Under the pieces are notes generated by a model that saw nothing but the letters and a program-made list of their open reading frames with translations, ran no database searches and was not told the origin of the DNA. Shown here one piece after another: positions 1 through 11,500 of a stretch of 64,000 nucleotides of DNA. The DNA comes from Planktothrix sp. GU0601_MAG3 (lineage in GTDB: Bacteria; Cyanobacteriota; Cyanobacteriia; Cyanobacteriales; Microcoleaceae): positions 3,476,578-3,540,577 of the forward strand of contig CP136572.1 of NCBI GenBank assembly GCA_035193785.1, in the 5' to 3' direction. Made by a program: the position numbers and the translations under genes. Position 1 is the first letter of the stretch. Each line of letters begins with the position of its first letter.

Positions 1-56
1 TGGGGAAGTTTGAAATTTCAAAACCCTACCTAACCCATCCTATTATATTAGGTAAA

Positions 57-416
57 GCAGTGCGAGCGTCCCCGCTCGCTAACCCCATCTAAATGGCTAT
101 CCAACTCCTTTATTTGGCGTAGGGTTGATAATTATTAGCGTAGGATTAAATAATTATTAGCGTAGGGTTGATAATTATTAGCGTAGGATTAAATAATTAT
201 TAGCGTAGGGTTGATAATTATTAGCGTAGGATTAAATAATTATTAGCGTAGGGTTGATAGTTATTAGCGTAGGGTTGATAATTATTAGCGTAGGATTAAA
301 TAATTATTAGCGTAGGGTTGATAATTATTAGCGTAGGGTTGATAATTATTAGCGTAGGGTTGATAATTATTAGCGTAGGGTTGATAATTATTAGCGAACG
401 AGGACGTTCGCACTGC
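57..416. repeat. Pair of inverted 26-bp REP-like palindromes (57-82, 391-416) enclosing 13 tandem 21/22-bp units
   Basis: GCAGTGCGAGCGTCCCCGCTCGCTAA versus TTAGCGAACGAGGACGTTCGCACTGC (reverse complements, 3 mismatches); units GCGTAGGGTTGATAATTATTA and GCGTAGGATTAAATAATTATTA at ~117-393. Confidence 0.85.
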
Positions 417-515
417 TGTAGCTAATACAATCACACACTGCTATAATTATATATAGTAATGCGATTGTTCTACCACAAAAAGCATTTATACAAAGTATTT
501 ATAGAGTATAAAAAA

Positions 516-2501
516 ATGATTTTCCTAGAATTAACCTTAGAAAACTTTGGCCCCTATCGAGGGAAACAAGTAATTGATTTACGCCCTAAAATTAATGATA
601 ATGTGATTAGTCCCATTGTCTTATTTGGAGGTATGAATGGCGGCGGAAAAACTACCTTAATGGATGCGATGCGCCTCGCCCTTTATGGACAACGCGCCCA
701 ATGTTCTACCCGGGGAAATTTGAGTTATCCCGACTTTCTTAAACAAGCGGTTAATAAACAGACCCTAGCCCATGAAGAAACCAGTGTAGAATTATTATTT
801 GAACATATTGTTAAAAATATGCAAGTCGAGTTTCGGGTCAAACGTCGCTGGACAAAAAACCCGAAAAATGGTAAGGATATTTTAGGCATATTAATTGATG
901 ATTGGCCGGACTCCGCTTGGGTAGAAACCTGGGATGAACGCATCGAAGATTTTTTCCCGATAGGAATTTCTAACCTATTTTTATTTGATGGGGAACAGGT
1001 TAAGGAATTAGCCGATTTAGACAGTCCTCCTAATGTTGTGGTACAAGCAATTCAATCTTTATTAGGATTAGAATTATCTGAACGTTTAGCCGTAGATTTA
1101 GATATTTTAGCTAACCGCAAACGCCGACAGTTAGCCGACTCAAAAGAGTTAGCGTATTTAGAGGAAATTGAAACTAAAATAAATCAGTATAAATCCGAAG
1201 CAGACGGGGCGGAAATGGCGGTAGCAGAATTAAAAATCCAGGCTGGAATTGCTAAGACAAAGTTAAATCAAGCTAAGGAAAAATTCAAACTCGAAGGTGG
1301 CAAAATAGCCGGAGAACGGAGTCAATTAGAGAAAAAATTATTAGATGAAAAAGAAAAAACCAAACAACAACGGGAACGTCTTTGTGAATTAGCAGCCGAA
1401 GGTTTGCCTTTAAGTTTAATTCAACCTTTATTAATTCAAGCGCGAAAGCAAGGAAAACAGGAGTTGAATTGGGAAAAAGCCAAGGTAGCTCAGGATTTTA
1501 TTAAAGATCGAGATCAACGATTATTTCAATATTTAGAAGAACTGAATATTGCCAAAAAACAGCTAGAAAGTGTTAAGATATATCTGGAAACTGATTATCA
1601 AAATTTAACCGAAAATCATCATAATCAAGAAAAGATATTTTTAGAAATTGATGAAAAAGTTTTCAGTCAATTAGGAACATTTTTAGACCATCAACTTCCT
1701 AGTCAAATCCAACAATCTCAGGACGTTTTAGAGGCTTTAAGGGTCATTGAAGATGCCCTTTCTAGTCTGGATAAACAATTGGCTATTGCTGCACCTCCAG
1801 AGGTCTATGAACAACTGTTAGAAATGGTATCCCAAGCCCAAACAGAATACACTAAAATTGAAACTGCTATTGAAGCAGCCGAACAACGATCTAAAAAATG
1901 TCTAACTGAATATGAAAAGGCTAAAAAAGACCTAGAAAAATATAGTCAAAATACCATTGATCGAAAAAATGCCAATCATATTATTGAGACTATTAGTAAA
2001 GTTCAAGATTCCTTAAAAATATTTAAAGAAAAATTAACCCTGAAAAAACTAAATAAATTAGAAGTAGAAGTGACCGAATGTTTCCGCTATTTATTACACA
2101 AATCAGACTTAGTACATCGAGTGGTAATTGCTACGGAAGATTTTAGTTTATCCCTGTACGATCCCCAGGGACAACCTGTGGAAAAACATCGCCTATCTGC
2201 GGGGGAAAAACAACTGTTAGCGATCGCTTTTTTATGGGGTTTAGCCAGGGTTTCAGGACTCAATTTACCCATCGCCATTGATACCCCCTTGGGTCGTTTG
2301 GACTCCTCCCACCGTCAAAACCTAATTGAACGGTATTTTCCCGCAGCTAGTCATCAAGTTATTTTACTCTCAACGGATACGGAAATTACCCAGAAGGAAG
2401 TTAATAGCTTACGAGAACAAGATGCGATCGCCCGGGAATACCTACTCAAATATGATCCTAAACAACGTCAAACCCACATTGAACAGGGTTATTTCTTTTA
2501 A
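516..2501 (+). CDS. dndD: DNA sulfur modification protein DndD (SMC-like ATPase)
   Basis: MIFLELTLENFGPY start, Walker A GMNGGGKTT, LFLFDGEQ, long coiled coil, LSAGEKQ signature, IDTPLGRLDSSHR, QVILLSTDTEI; ATG at 516 preferred over 459. Confidence 0.93.
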   Translation: MIFLELTLENFGPYRGKQVIDLRPKINDNVISPIVLFGGMNGGGKTTLMDAMRLALYGQRAQCSTRGNLSYPDFLKQAVNKQTLAHEETSVELLFEHIVKNMQVEFRVKRRWTKNPKNGKDILGILIDDWPDSAWVETWDERIEDFFPIGISNLFLFDGEQVKELADLDSPPNVVVQAIQSLLGLELSERLAVDLDILANRKRRQLADSKELAYLEEIETKINQYKSEADGAEMAVAELKIQAGIAKTKLNQAKEKFKLEGGKIAGERSQLEKKLLDEKEKTKQQRERLCELAAEGLPLSLIQPLLIQARKQGKQELNWEKAKVAQDFIKDRDQRLFQYLEELNIAKKQLESVKIYLETDYQNLTENHHNQEKIFLEIDEKVFSQLGTFLDHQLPSQIQQSQDVLEALRVIEDALSSLDKQLAIAAPPEVYEQLLEMVSQAQTEYTKIETAIEAAEQRSKKCLTEYEKAKKDLEKYSQNTIDRKNANHIIETISKVQDSLKIFKEKLTLKKLNKLEVEVTECFRYLLHKSDLVHRVVIATEDFSLSLYDPQGQPVEKHRLSAGEKQLLAIAFLWGLARVSGLNLPIAIDTPLGRLDSSHRQNLIERYFPAASHQVILLSTDTEITQKEVNSLREQDAIAREYLLKYDPKQRQTHIEQGYFF

Positions 2502-2579
2502 GGGGGGGAGAAGGGGAGAAGATTTCATCGCAAAAAAATATTAATCTGGAAAAAAATTTCGTTTTTTTGGCTGGGGGGG

Positions 2580-2608
2580 TTGACAAAACCCGCCGTCTGA
2601 GGGACAAT
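2580..2608 (+). promoter_or_regulatory. Putative sigma70-type promoter
   Basis: TTGACA (2580-2585), 17-bp spacer, GACAAT (2603-2608). Confidence 0.45.
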
Positions 2609-2938
2609 ATCTTTAGGGGTTAACACGCCCGTACTCTTGACTATTTAGTCAACAAAACCTCACAGGGCTTGATTTCCGGCAGCAGCCCCTTCGTGTCTTT
2701 GTGCATTTGTGTCTTTGTGGTGAAACCAGGAATATTTATTAACGAAAACTTAACAAAAGTCCATTTTTAATCAAGATTTTGTAAAGAAGTCTCAACATCA
2801 GGAAACACTGTCTCATGTTTCAGGTATAAAATGCTTAGTATATCAATCTAAAATCCGTAGATTCCCATATAAGAACGGAATGGGCAATGACAACTCTTAA
2901 AACTGATAACTGATAACTGATTACTGATAACTTAACCA

Positions 2939-3341
2939 ATGGAACCCCCCGTAGAAAGAATTCGCCTATCCCAAACGGCGAAGGAGCAACTAACTAAACT
3001 CAAACGAATTACCAAAATCGAGAACTGGAATATCCTGTGCCGTTGGGCGTTGTGCCGTTCCCTAGCCGAGTCAACCATTCCCTCCCCGGTTTCCCATCCC
3101 CGCCGATAGCAATGTAGAAATGACCTGGCAGGTCTTTGGGGGAGAGATGGGTGATTTATTCACCATTGCTCTGAAGCAACGTTGCCATAATGACCATTTG
3201 GGAACCGATGCAGAAACCATCGCCAGCCAGTTCCGTCTACACCTGCATCGAGGAATTAGTTATCTCGCAGGTGATCCGAATCTCAAACAGATTGAAGATT
3301 TAATCACCCTCACCCAGCCCCAAAACCCAGTAACTGAATAA
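2939..3341 (+). CDS. dndE: DNA sulfur modification protein DndE (apparent +1 frameshift at 3089-3093)
   Basis: Manual translation MEPPVERIRLSQTAKEQLTKLKRITKIENWNILCRWALCRSLAE joins SNVEMTWQVFGGE...QFRLHLHRGISYL after removing one T in GTTTC. Confidence 0.88.
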
Positions 3342-3676
3342 ACGGTATCGCCACTCAAGCTCCCTGTTAATTTTCTAGGGGAAACCACTGACGGCCAAAA
3401 TTGTTAAACTAGAACTATAGCAATCCTGCTTGAAGGGAACACCGGAACAGAAATCATATAGCAGTAGCCCTTGGCAGTGAGGTCTTTTCCTCCCTGTTAA
3501 CTGTTGCTGTTACCTGTTGCCTGTTAACTGTTGCCTGTTAACTGTTGCCCGTTACCTTCTCCCTATTATAGCTCTGGCTGTTTCATATCATTTCAGTTAT
3601 AAATTATCACAACCTCGGCGCGGATTGCCATAGAAGAACTTAGCTACAAATCTTTCATGAGGTACTCGTAAATGCC

Positions 3677-4162
3677 ATGACTGTAGATTCTAACCGCAGA
3701 TATCATAATGTGATGGAAAACCTGGTGACAGAGGAAGTTAGACGTCAACTGGCTTCCATCTCCCCCCGCCTCTGCCAATATATTAAACGGGCGGAAGTTG
3801 AGACCTATGCTCTTAACCGCTTACCCCCTCTTTATGCTTCCTGTAAAGAGGGCTGGACACAACAACTCAAAAGGGGACGAGACGAATTTTCTGCCCCGAT
3901 TAAAACCGCAGTTCGACAGGGGATCATAGCCGTTCAACGGGACTTGCTGCGAAATTCAACCCCATTATCCCCAGAAGAATCCGTCCCCGTCAAGTTGGAA
4001 GGCCCAAAACTAGGGGCTGCCCAAATTTTACCCCGTCATCCGGCTGAATCCGCCGTACCTCCTCCTCCCAAACTAAATCAGAAAGCCGTCCATCATCACC
4101 GCGCTATTGCCAATGATTACTCCCACAAAGAAGCCTCGATTCAGGACGGATGGATGGGTTAA
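3677..4162 (+). CDS. Late competence development ComFB family protein
   Basis: [11 protein letters not shown]...[13 protein letters not shown] motif typical of cyanobacterial ComFB-domain proteins. Confidence 0.8.
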   Translation: MTVDSNRRYHNVMENLVTEEVRRQLASISPRLCQYIKRAEVETYALNRLPPLYASCKEGWTQQLKRGRDEFSAPIKTAVRQGIIAVQRDLLRNSTPLSPEESVPVKLEGPKLGAAQILPRHPAESAVPPPPKLNQKAVHHHRAIANDYSHKEASIQDGWMG

Positions 4163-5431
4163 CGCTTGGGAGGAGTGCGACGTCGCAGGAAGTCAGGAAT
4201 ATCTAACCCTGGTAGGTTAGCCGGGGTTGGAGGTTGGTTGGGGTTAGCTGGAGCCGGAATCACAGGAATATTTCCCTGGGGTACATTCGCGGTACGGGTA
4301 ACGGGGATAGCACTTTTGTTTTCTCCCGAGAATCCGGTGGCAATTACCGTAATTTTCACCTCTCCTTGCATCCGTTCATCGATCACCGCCCCAAAAATAA
4401 TATTGGCATTGGGATCAACTACTTCATAGATGGTTTCAGCCGCTGCATTCACTTCATGTAGGGTTAAATCCGTGCCTCCGGTAATATTGAATACGACACC
4501 CTTGGCTCCATCAATAGAAGACTCTAATAAAGGAGAGGCGATCGCGGCAACAGCAGCCTCCCGAGCCCGGGATTTCCCGGATGCAATCCCAATTCCTAAT
4601 AGGGCAGACCCGGCATCGGCCATCACCGCCCGCACGTCGGCAAAATCCACGTTCACTAACCCCGGGATCGTAATAATATCCGAAATCCCCTGTACCCCTT
4701 GGCGGAGAACATCATCGGCATAACGAAAGGCTTCCTGCACGGGGGTTTGTTCGGCAATCACCTCTAATAACTTATTATTCGGAATCACAATTAAGGTATC
4801 AACCCTCGATTGTAATGCGGCGATTCCCTCATCGGCTTGGGAAATTCGTCGTTTGCCTTCAAAGTGAAAAGGACGGGTTACCACCCCAATAGTTAAAGCT
4901 CCGAGTTCCTTCGCCACCTCCGCCACCACAGGCGCTCCACCCGTGCCGGTTTCCGCCTCCTAACCCGGCGGTAATAAAGACTAAATCAGCCCCTTCCAGG
5001 GCTTTCTGAATTTCTTCCCGGGATTCTTCGGCGGCTTTTTGACCGATGGCCGGGTTTCCACCGGCTCCTAACCCCTTAGTTAATTTCTGACCCACTTGTA
5101 GGCGTTTTTGGGCTTTGGATAGGGTTAGGGCCTGGGCATCGGTATTCATTGACCAAAACTCGATCCCAGCCACCTGGCTATCAATCATGCGGTTAACGGC
5201 ATTACCGCCACTGCCACCCACACCAATGACTTTGATCTTTGCAGCATTGCTCGGAATAATATCGCCACTCCAAGAATCTTCACGGGGCATATCTTTAGAA
5301 TCGTTATTAGGGTTAACTATTAGTTCTTTTCTACGGAATGGATTGGCGGAATCTTCTGTCAACCAGGGATTCGCTTTTCCTTCAGCATCAGAATTGCCTT
5401 GGGTAGACCCCAGATTATTCTTAACTGTCAT
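4159..5431 (-). CDS. ftsZ: Cell division protein FtsZ (apparent +1 frameshift at 4949-4953)
   Basis: [17 protein letters not shown] and NVDFADV motifs; the GGGTGTGGAP tubulin signature is restored by deleting one base in GAAAC. Confidence 0.96.
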
Positions 5432-5559
5432 TTTAATAGGGGAAGTAGATGAATAACGGTTCTATCACTTTAAACCAAATAAACACAAATACTATAGGGT
5501 AAGTTGAATTGGAAACCAAGTCCTTGAGGAGGGTGATTCTTCCCAAAGCGATCAGTCTG

Positions 5560-6423
5560 TTAGTTAGGGGTAGAATCCTCCTGGGATAATCTGCTTTTAT
5601 CGGTACTTTCGGTTTTCATCTGGAGCAGGGGTTGGTTGGGATTTGTCAGATCAAAATACATCATCTGAGTCCGATCTACCTGTTGGGGGATATTCCTCAT
5701 CCGATCAATCATCCGCAACTGTTCCGGGAATTTGGAGGTATAGGGGCCTAAATGAACTGTACCAATTTCTGTCTCCAAAATCAGATTATTCGGATCTTCC
5801 CAATTAATTTGGGAGATTTTCACCGGACTGCGACTGATGGCTTGATAAACTGGGAGCCAGTAGGAATGATACTGCTTGAAGTTGCCAATCACCTTGAGGG
5901 TGGGGAGTTTCTGGGATTTTGCCAATTCCCCATAGTTTTCTAACGGCATCCAGTCCCCGGCGGCATCTAACCATCCGATGGCGTTATTTGCTTCAACGGG
6001 GGAAGGTGTGGAGGTGGGATGGGCGATCGCTACGGGCTGCCGTTCTCGAATATTAACCGTTAAACTGGGGGGGAATAACTCACGGGTGACGGAAGCAGAG
6101 GCGATATGACCCCGTGATTCCAGGCCCGAGGCTAAGACCTGGGGCTGAATTTTCCATAAAGACTGAGGATAGGATAGCGGTAGTAAGGAACGAACCGCTT
6201 GATCGGATAATAGCTGATTGCCTTCGACTTTGATTTGTTCCGGTTGGCGAATAAACCAGAAAGGTTGGTTAATCAACCAAAACAGACCTCCCGTCAAAGT
6301 CCCCAGTGCTATTGTTTGCCATAACAGTTGAACCAACTTTAGACGACGTTGACGTCGTAACTGCTGGCGGCGACGTCCTAATTGACGGGTTGAAAGAGAG
6401 TCAATATTGGTTAGATTGCCCAT
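5560..6423 (-). CDS. ftsQ: Cell division protein FtsQ/DivIB
   Basis: Basic N-terminus, one TM helix, POTRA domain (IKVEGNQLLS...RELFPPSLTVNIRERQPVA), directly upstream of ftsZ. Confidence 0.88.
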   Translation of the reverse strand: MGNLTNIDSLSTRQLGRRRQQLRRQRRLKLVQLLWQTIALGTLTGGLFWLINQPFWFIRQPEQIKVEGNQLLSDQAVRSLLPLSYPQSLWKIQPQVLASGLESRGHIASASVTRELFPPSLTVNIRERQPVAIAHPTSTPSPVEANNAIGWLDAAGDWMPLENYGELAKSQKLPTLKVIGNFKQYHSYWLPVYQAISRSPVKISQINWEDPNNLILETEIGTVHLGPYTSKFPEQLRMIDRMRNIPQQVDRTQMMYFDLTNPNQPLLQMKTESTDKSRLSQEDSTPN

Positions 6424-6519
6424 ACGCGACAGGATTTTCCTCCTCACCACTGGTCACCGCCAACAATTTAGCATATTCTGTATCTCCCCATTTCTAATTG
6501 CTTTGGGGATTCCTTCACT

Positions 6520-6627
6520 AATAACCAATAACTGATAACTAACAACCAATAACCAACAACCAACAACTGATAACTAATAGCTGATAACTAACAAATGATA
6601 ACTGATAACTGATAACCGATAACTGAT
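6520..6627. repeat. Short tandem heptamer repeats (STRR-like, AACTGAT/AACCAAC)
   Basis: Visible degenerate 7-mer array. Confidence 0.7.
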
Positions 6628-6735
6628 CATCCCCCCGACCCCCGATACCCCCCATCCTGAAACTCAACTTCCGCAGATAGAATAATAAACAGATCGTCTA
6701 TCCATTCAATTGATACAGAGGTTAAGAGTCTAATT

Positions 6736-8071
6736 GTGATCGAGCTTGAATTAAGCAGATTTTATAAAGCCTGTAACCCCAGTAAGACTATCGACATGGC
6801 GAAACCCGGAAGATCGAAAGTATTACATCGATTTTTCCTCCGTCCGGGGTAGCGATATTATTCGAGAATTGAGTCGCACCATTACTTTGTTGTCCCATGA
6901 TGAACCCACCTGTCAATTATTTAGTGGTCATATAGGCTGTGGGAAATCGACCGAATTATTTCGTCTGAAAGATTTATTAGAACATCAGGGATATCATGTC
7001 GTTTACTTTGAGTCCTCTCAAAACCTCGATATGGCGGATGTGGATATCAGTGATGTTTTATTAATGATTGCTCGTCAGGTGAGTGAAAGTTTAGAAGGGG
7101 ATCAAATTCGTCTCAAACCCGGATATTTTGCTAACTTATTTACCGAAATTTCCGAGTTAATGCAAACCCCTATTCAACTCTCAGCCGAAGCCGAATTATC
7201 CGTAGGAATCGCTAGAATTACCGCCAAAACCAAGGATTCACCCAAATTACGTTCCCAGTTACGACAATATTTAGAACCGCGCACCAGTAATATTTTAGAT
7301 GCCATTAATGATGAATTATTGGGACGGGCTAATACGGCGTTACAAGCCAAAGGAAAAAAGGGCATTGTCGTGATTGTCGATAATTTAGATCGAATTGATA
7401 ACTCTCCTAAACCCTGGGGCAGAACTCAACCGGAATATCTATTTGTTGATCGCGGTGAACAACTCAAACGCCTCAATTGTCATGTAGTTTTTACTATTCC
7501 CTTGACTCTGATGTTTTCTAATGATTATGATCGCCTTTCCAGTCGATTTGGAGTCAAACCCAAGGTTTTACCAATGGTTCCGGTACGTTTACGCGATGGG
7601 AAAGAAAATCCCACCGGGATGCTAAAATTACAACAAATGGTATTAGCTCGAGCGTTTCCCGATCTGGCAGCCGAAGATCGTTTTCTGTTGATGTCTAGTT
7701 TATTTGATAGTCCCGAAACTTTGGATCGTTTGTGTTTAATTAGTGGGGGCCATATTCGACGTCTATTGATGTTGATGTACAGTTGTTTACAACAAGAAGA
7801 TCCACCTTTCACCCGGGCTTGTTTGGATCAGGTAATTCAAGAATATCGAGATGATCTTTTAGGGGCAATTAATCAGGAAGAATGGGAGTTATTGTTACGA
7901 GTAGTTAAAACACAAAAAGTGACGGGGGAAGATGAATGTCAAACCCTACTCCGAAGTATGTTTGTATTTGAATATCGGGATCAAGAGGGTCGTTGGTTTG
8001 GAATTAATCCGGCCTTGACCGAGAGTAGTCAATACAAATTATTGGTCGATTCCCTGGGTAAAACTGCTTAA
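6736..8071 (+). CDS. P-loop ATP-binding protein (apparent +1 frameshift at 6801-6805)
   Basis: Walker A GHIGCGKST, Walker B VVIVDNLDR, SGGHIR; upstream frame VIELELSRFYKACNPSKT joins after GAAAC to GAAC correction. Confidence 0.82.
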
Positions 8072-8074
8072 CTG

Positions 8075-8300
8075 AGGCAGGGGGAGTAGGGGGAGTAGGG
8101 GGAGCAGGGGAGCAGGGGGAGCAGGGGAGCAGGGGGAGCAGGGGGAGCAGGGGGAGCAGGGGGAGCAGGGGAGCAGGGGGAGCAGGGGGAGCAGGGGAGC
8201 AGGGGAGGCAGGGGAGGTAGGGGAGGTAGGGGGTGTGAACTCCTTCTGTTCCCCATTCGTAATTCGTAATTACCCATTACCCATTACCCATTCGTAATTC
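8075..8300. repeat. G-rich 8/9-mer tandem array (GGGGGAGCA/GTA) followed by ATTACCC/ATTCGTA heptamers
   Basis: Directly visible. Confidence 0.85.
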
Positions 8301-8578
8301 CCTATGACTTGGTATTCTATTTTACAAAAAATGGGGGATGTATTTTTTTTGTTTATTTTCTTGTCAATTATAACTTGATGAGTTAAATTTATATAAGGGG
8401 AATAAAAGATATTAAAGACTAAATAAATAAATTATAAGCACCCAACTAATTTTTGAAGTGTTCAAACTTTTTTTTGATTAGATTCCCAATTTTAAAATCT
8501 GAAATATTGGCTTTTGGGAACAAAAGCGAACTAGAGTGTTTATGCTCGAAAATACTGATTACAATCATCATTTAATTA

Positions 8579-11500
8579 ATGTGCCGTTTTCCCATGGATA
8601 AACTTATTGACCCCAAAATAGTAGCCTTAGTGAATGAACGAGGTTTGAATCGATTGTTACGCGCTGTATCCTTGTCGCAAGGTCAGTTTTCCTTAGTCTT
8701 GGTTCGCTGTAATTCCAGTCAACTCAGACAAAAAGTTCTACAGGCTGTACAAGTTGATTCAGAAATCAAGATTGAGCCTTTAATTTTATCTCCTCATACC
8801 CAAACTCTCTATACACCCTTATTAGAAAAGGTTGAGAAAAATGCTACCTCGGCACTGATGATTTTAGGGTTAGAAACCGTAGAAAATCTGGATATTATTT
8901 TGAGTTCAACCAATCAGGTTCGGGATGAATTTAGAAAACAATTTAATTTTCCGATTATTATCTGGATTACCGATGATATCGCGACGGGTCTAATTCGTTT
9001 GGCCCCGGACTTTAAAAGTTGGGCTGCTGCCACGATTAAATTTGAATTAACCACGACCGAATTATTGGATTACTTAAAATTACAAGCCAATACCCTATTT
9101 ACCCTAGCAGAATTAAAAATCAAAGCTTGGGAACCCAAAACCCAACAGGTGTTTAAATCGACCGTATCCCGTAGTTTCTCCGTCTGATTTTGGCATCGAA
9201 TCTAACCGACGGCGAGAATTAGAACTCCATTGGCAGGATTTACACAATCGAGGTTATGAGTTAGAACCAGCTTTAGAAGCCTGTCGTCAGTTTATTTTGG
9301 GTCAAGATTGCGATGCCCATGACCACATCGAAATTGCCCGCCAACATTATCAACAGAGTTTAGCCCTGCTCCAACACGAGGCGGGTTTACGAGGTTATAC
9401 CGCCCAAGGTGAAATCCTCTGTCAAATCTCCGGTGTCGGAATGTCCCTGGCGGTGATGGCTCCCATGACCCCTTCCCCACTTGTATTTTGTTTAAGGGAA
9501 CGTCAGGGAATTGTATTGTTTCATATTGCTTTAACCTATTGTATTCAAGCCACTCGAAATCCCAACTCAGTTCGGGCTTTATTAACAGAAGCCAAACGCT
9601 ATTTTGAGCAAAGTCAGCAAGTTTTTCAACAAGCCGGACGCCCGGATTTAGTGGCGGGAGTGATTTCGCCTTTAGGTGAAGTATTGCAACGCTTACAACT
9701 ATGGGAAATGTTGCAAGAATTAGCCCTGGGGGGCGTAAAAATGCACTTGGTTTATGGCACGTCAAGTCAATTGGCTCAAGATTATGTATTTATGGCGGAG
9801 GTAGCCCTAAAACGTTCAGAATGGCATCGAGCTTTGATGTTAGCAAAATTATCTTTAACTATTTTACCCGGGTCAAAACCAACGGCGAGTCAAGCACAGT
9901 GTTTATTATTATTAGCCCGTTGTTATCAACATCAGGGAGAATGGCAACAGGCCAAGCAGAAATTAGAATTGGCTCTGACCCAAATGGAACCCCAATATAA
10001 TCCCCAGTTGTATCTGGATATTTTGGAGGAATTACGCAATATTGAGTATCAGCAAAGTCAGTATCGTCAAGCTTTTAGAATTAAGAAAAAACAACAGGAA
10101 CTTCAGCATCAATATGGGTTCCGTGCCTTCATTGGAGCCGCCCAACTGCAACCTCCAAAACAAGCGATTAATCCCTCTAGTACCCGAGGAGAAAATGTCG
10201 TCACGATTGCGGAAGAAATGATGGCATCCTGTCGCCAGCATGATATTCAGAACTTGCTGAATCGATTAAGTCGTGATGATCATAAATTGATTATTATTCA
10301 TGGCCGTTCTGGGGTGGGTAAAAGTTCTTTAGTGAATGCGGGTTTAGTTCCAGCTTTAAAGAATACGGCAATTAGTGCGCGGGATTGTTTGCCCGTGGTG
10401 ATTCAAGGATATATGAATTGGAATCGAGAATTGGAACGAAGTTTGGCGAGTGCCCTATTAAATTGTGATTCCTTTAAATATCCCAATGAATCAATCAAAA
10501 AACTTTGGTATAAAGTGATAGCCCAATCCTCTACTCAAGATTGGGATAATCGCAATTCCAACCAAATTAATCAGGGATCTCCGGCAGCTTTTATTCTGAA
10601 TCCCTCCTCTTTTGTGTTGAGACAACTGAACCAAAATGCCGAAAGAAATTTACTAACAGTTTTAATTTTTGACCAGTTTGAGGAATTCTTTTTTGTCTCT
10701 AATTGTCAGAAAGAAGAGCGAAAAGTATTTTATAACTTTCTCAAAATTTGCTTGGATTTACCCTTTGTAAAAATAATTTTTTCTATCAGGGAAGATTATT
10801 TGCATCATCTCTTAGAATGTGATCAATTAATCAATTTGGATGCCATTAATAATAATATTCTCGATAAGAAAATTCGTTATCATTTGCGAGATTTTACTTT
10901 GGCGGAAGCAAAAACCGTAATTGAGCGCTTAAGCCAACGGGCTAAACTCCAATTAGAGCCAGGTTTAATTGATGCTTTGGTCACGGATTTAGCCGATGAA
11001 CGGCAGGAAATTCGTCCGATTGAATTGCAAGTTGTCGGGGCGCAACTTCAGGAAGAAGGAGAACACGGAATTACCACCTTAACCGCCTATAAACAATTAG
11101 GAACTAATCCCAAAACCGAATTAATTAAACATTCCATTGAACAGGTAATTAAAGATTGTGGGAATATCAATGAAGATGCAGCTTGGGAAGTTTTATTTGC
11201 CCTGACGGATGAAAAATTTACTCGTCCGATTAAAACTAAAGTGGAACTAATTACAGCCGCGAGGAGAGCAGGGGGAGTAGGGGGAGTAGGGGGAGTAGGG
11301 GGAGCAGGGGGAGTAGGGGGAGTAGGGGGAGCAGAGGGAGCAGGGGAAGCAGGGGGAGTAGGGGGAGCAGAGGGAGCAGGGGGAGTAGGGGGAGTAGGGG
11401 GAGCAGAGGGAGCAGGGGGAGTAGGGGGAGTAGGGGGAGTAGGGGGAGCAGGGGGAGTAGGGGGAGTAGGGGGAGCAGAGGGAGCAGGGGAAGCAGGGGA

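Noticed and set aside
117..393. CRISPR array
   Set aside because: Units are contiguous with no unique spacers, and no cas genes are present.
8068..8277. 69-aa Pro-rich ORF (and the 88-aa LLP-repeat ORF at 11251-11517)
   Set aside because: Translations of the G-rich repeat on the opposite strand.
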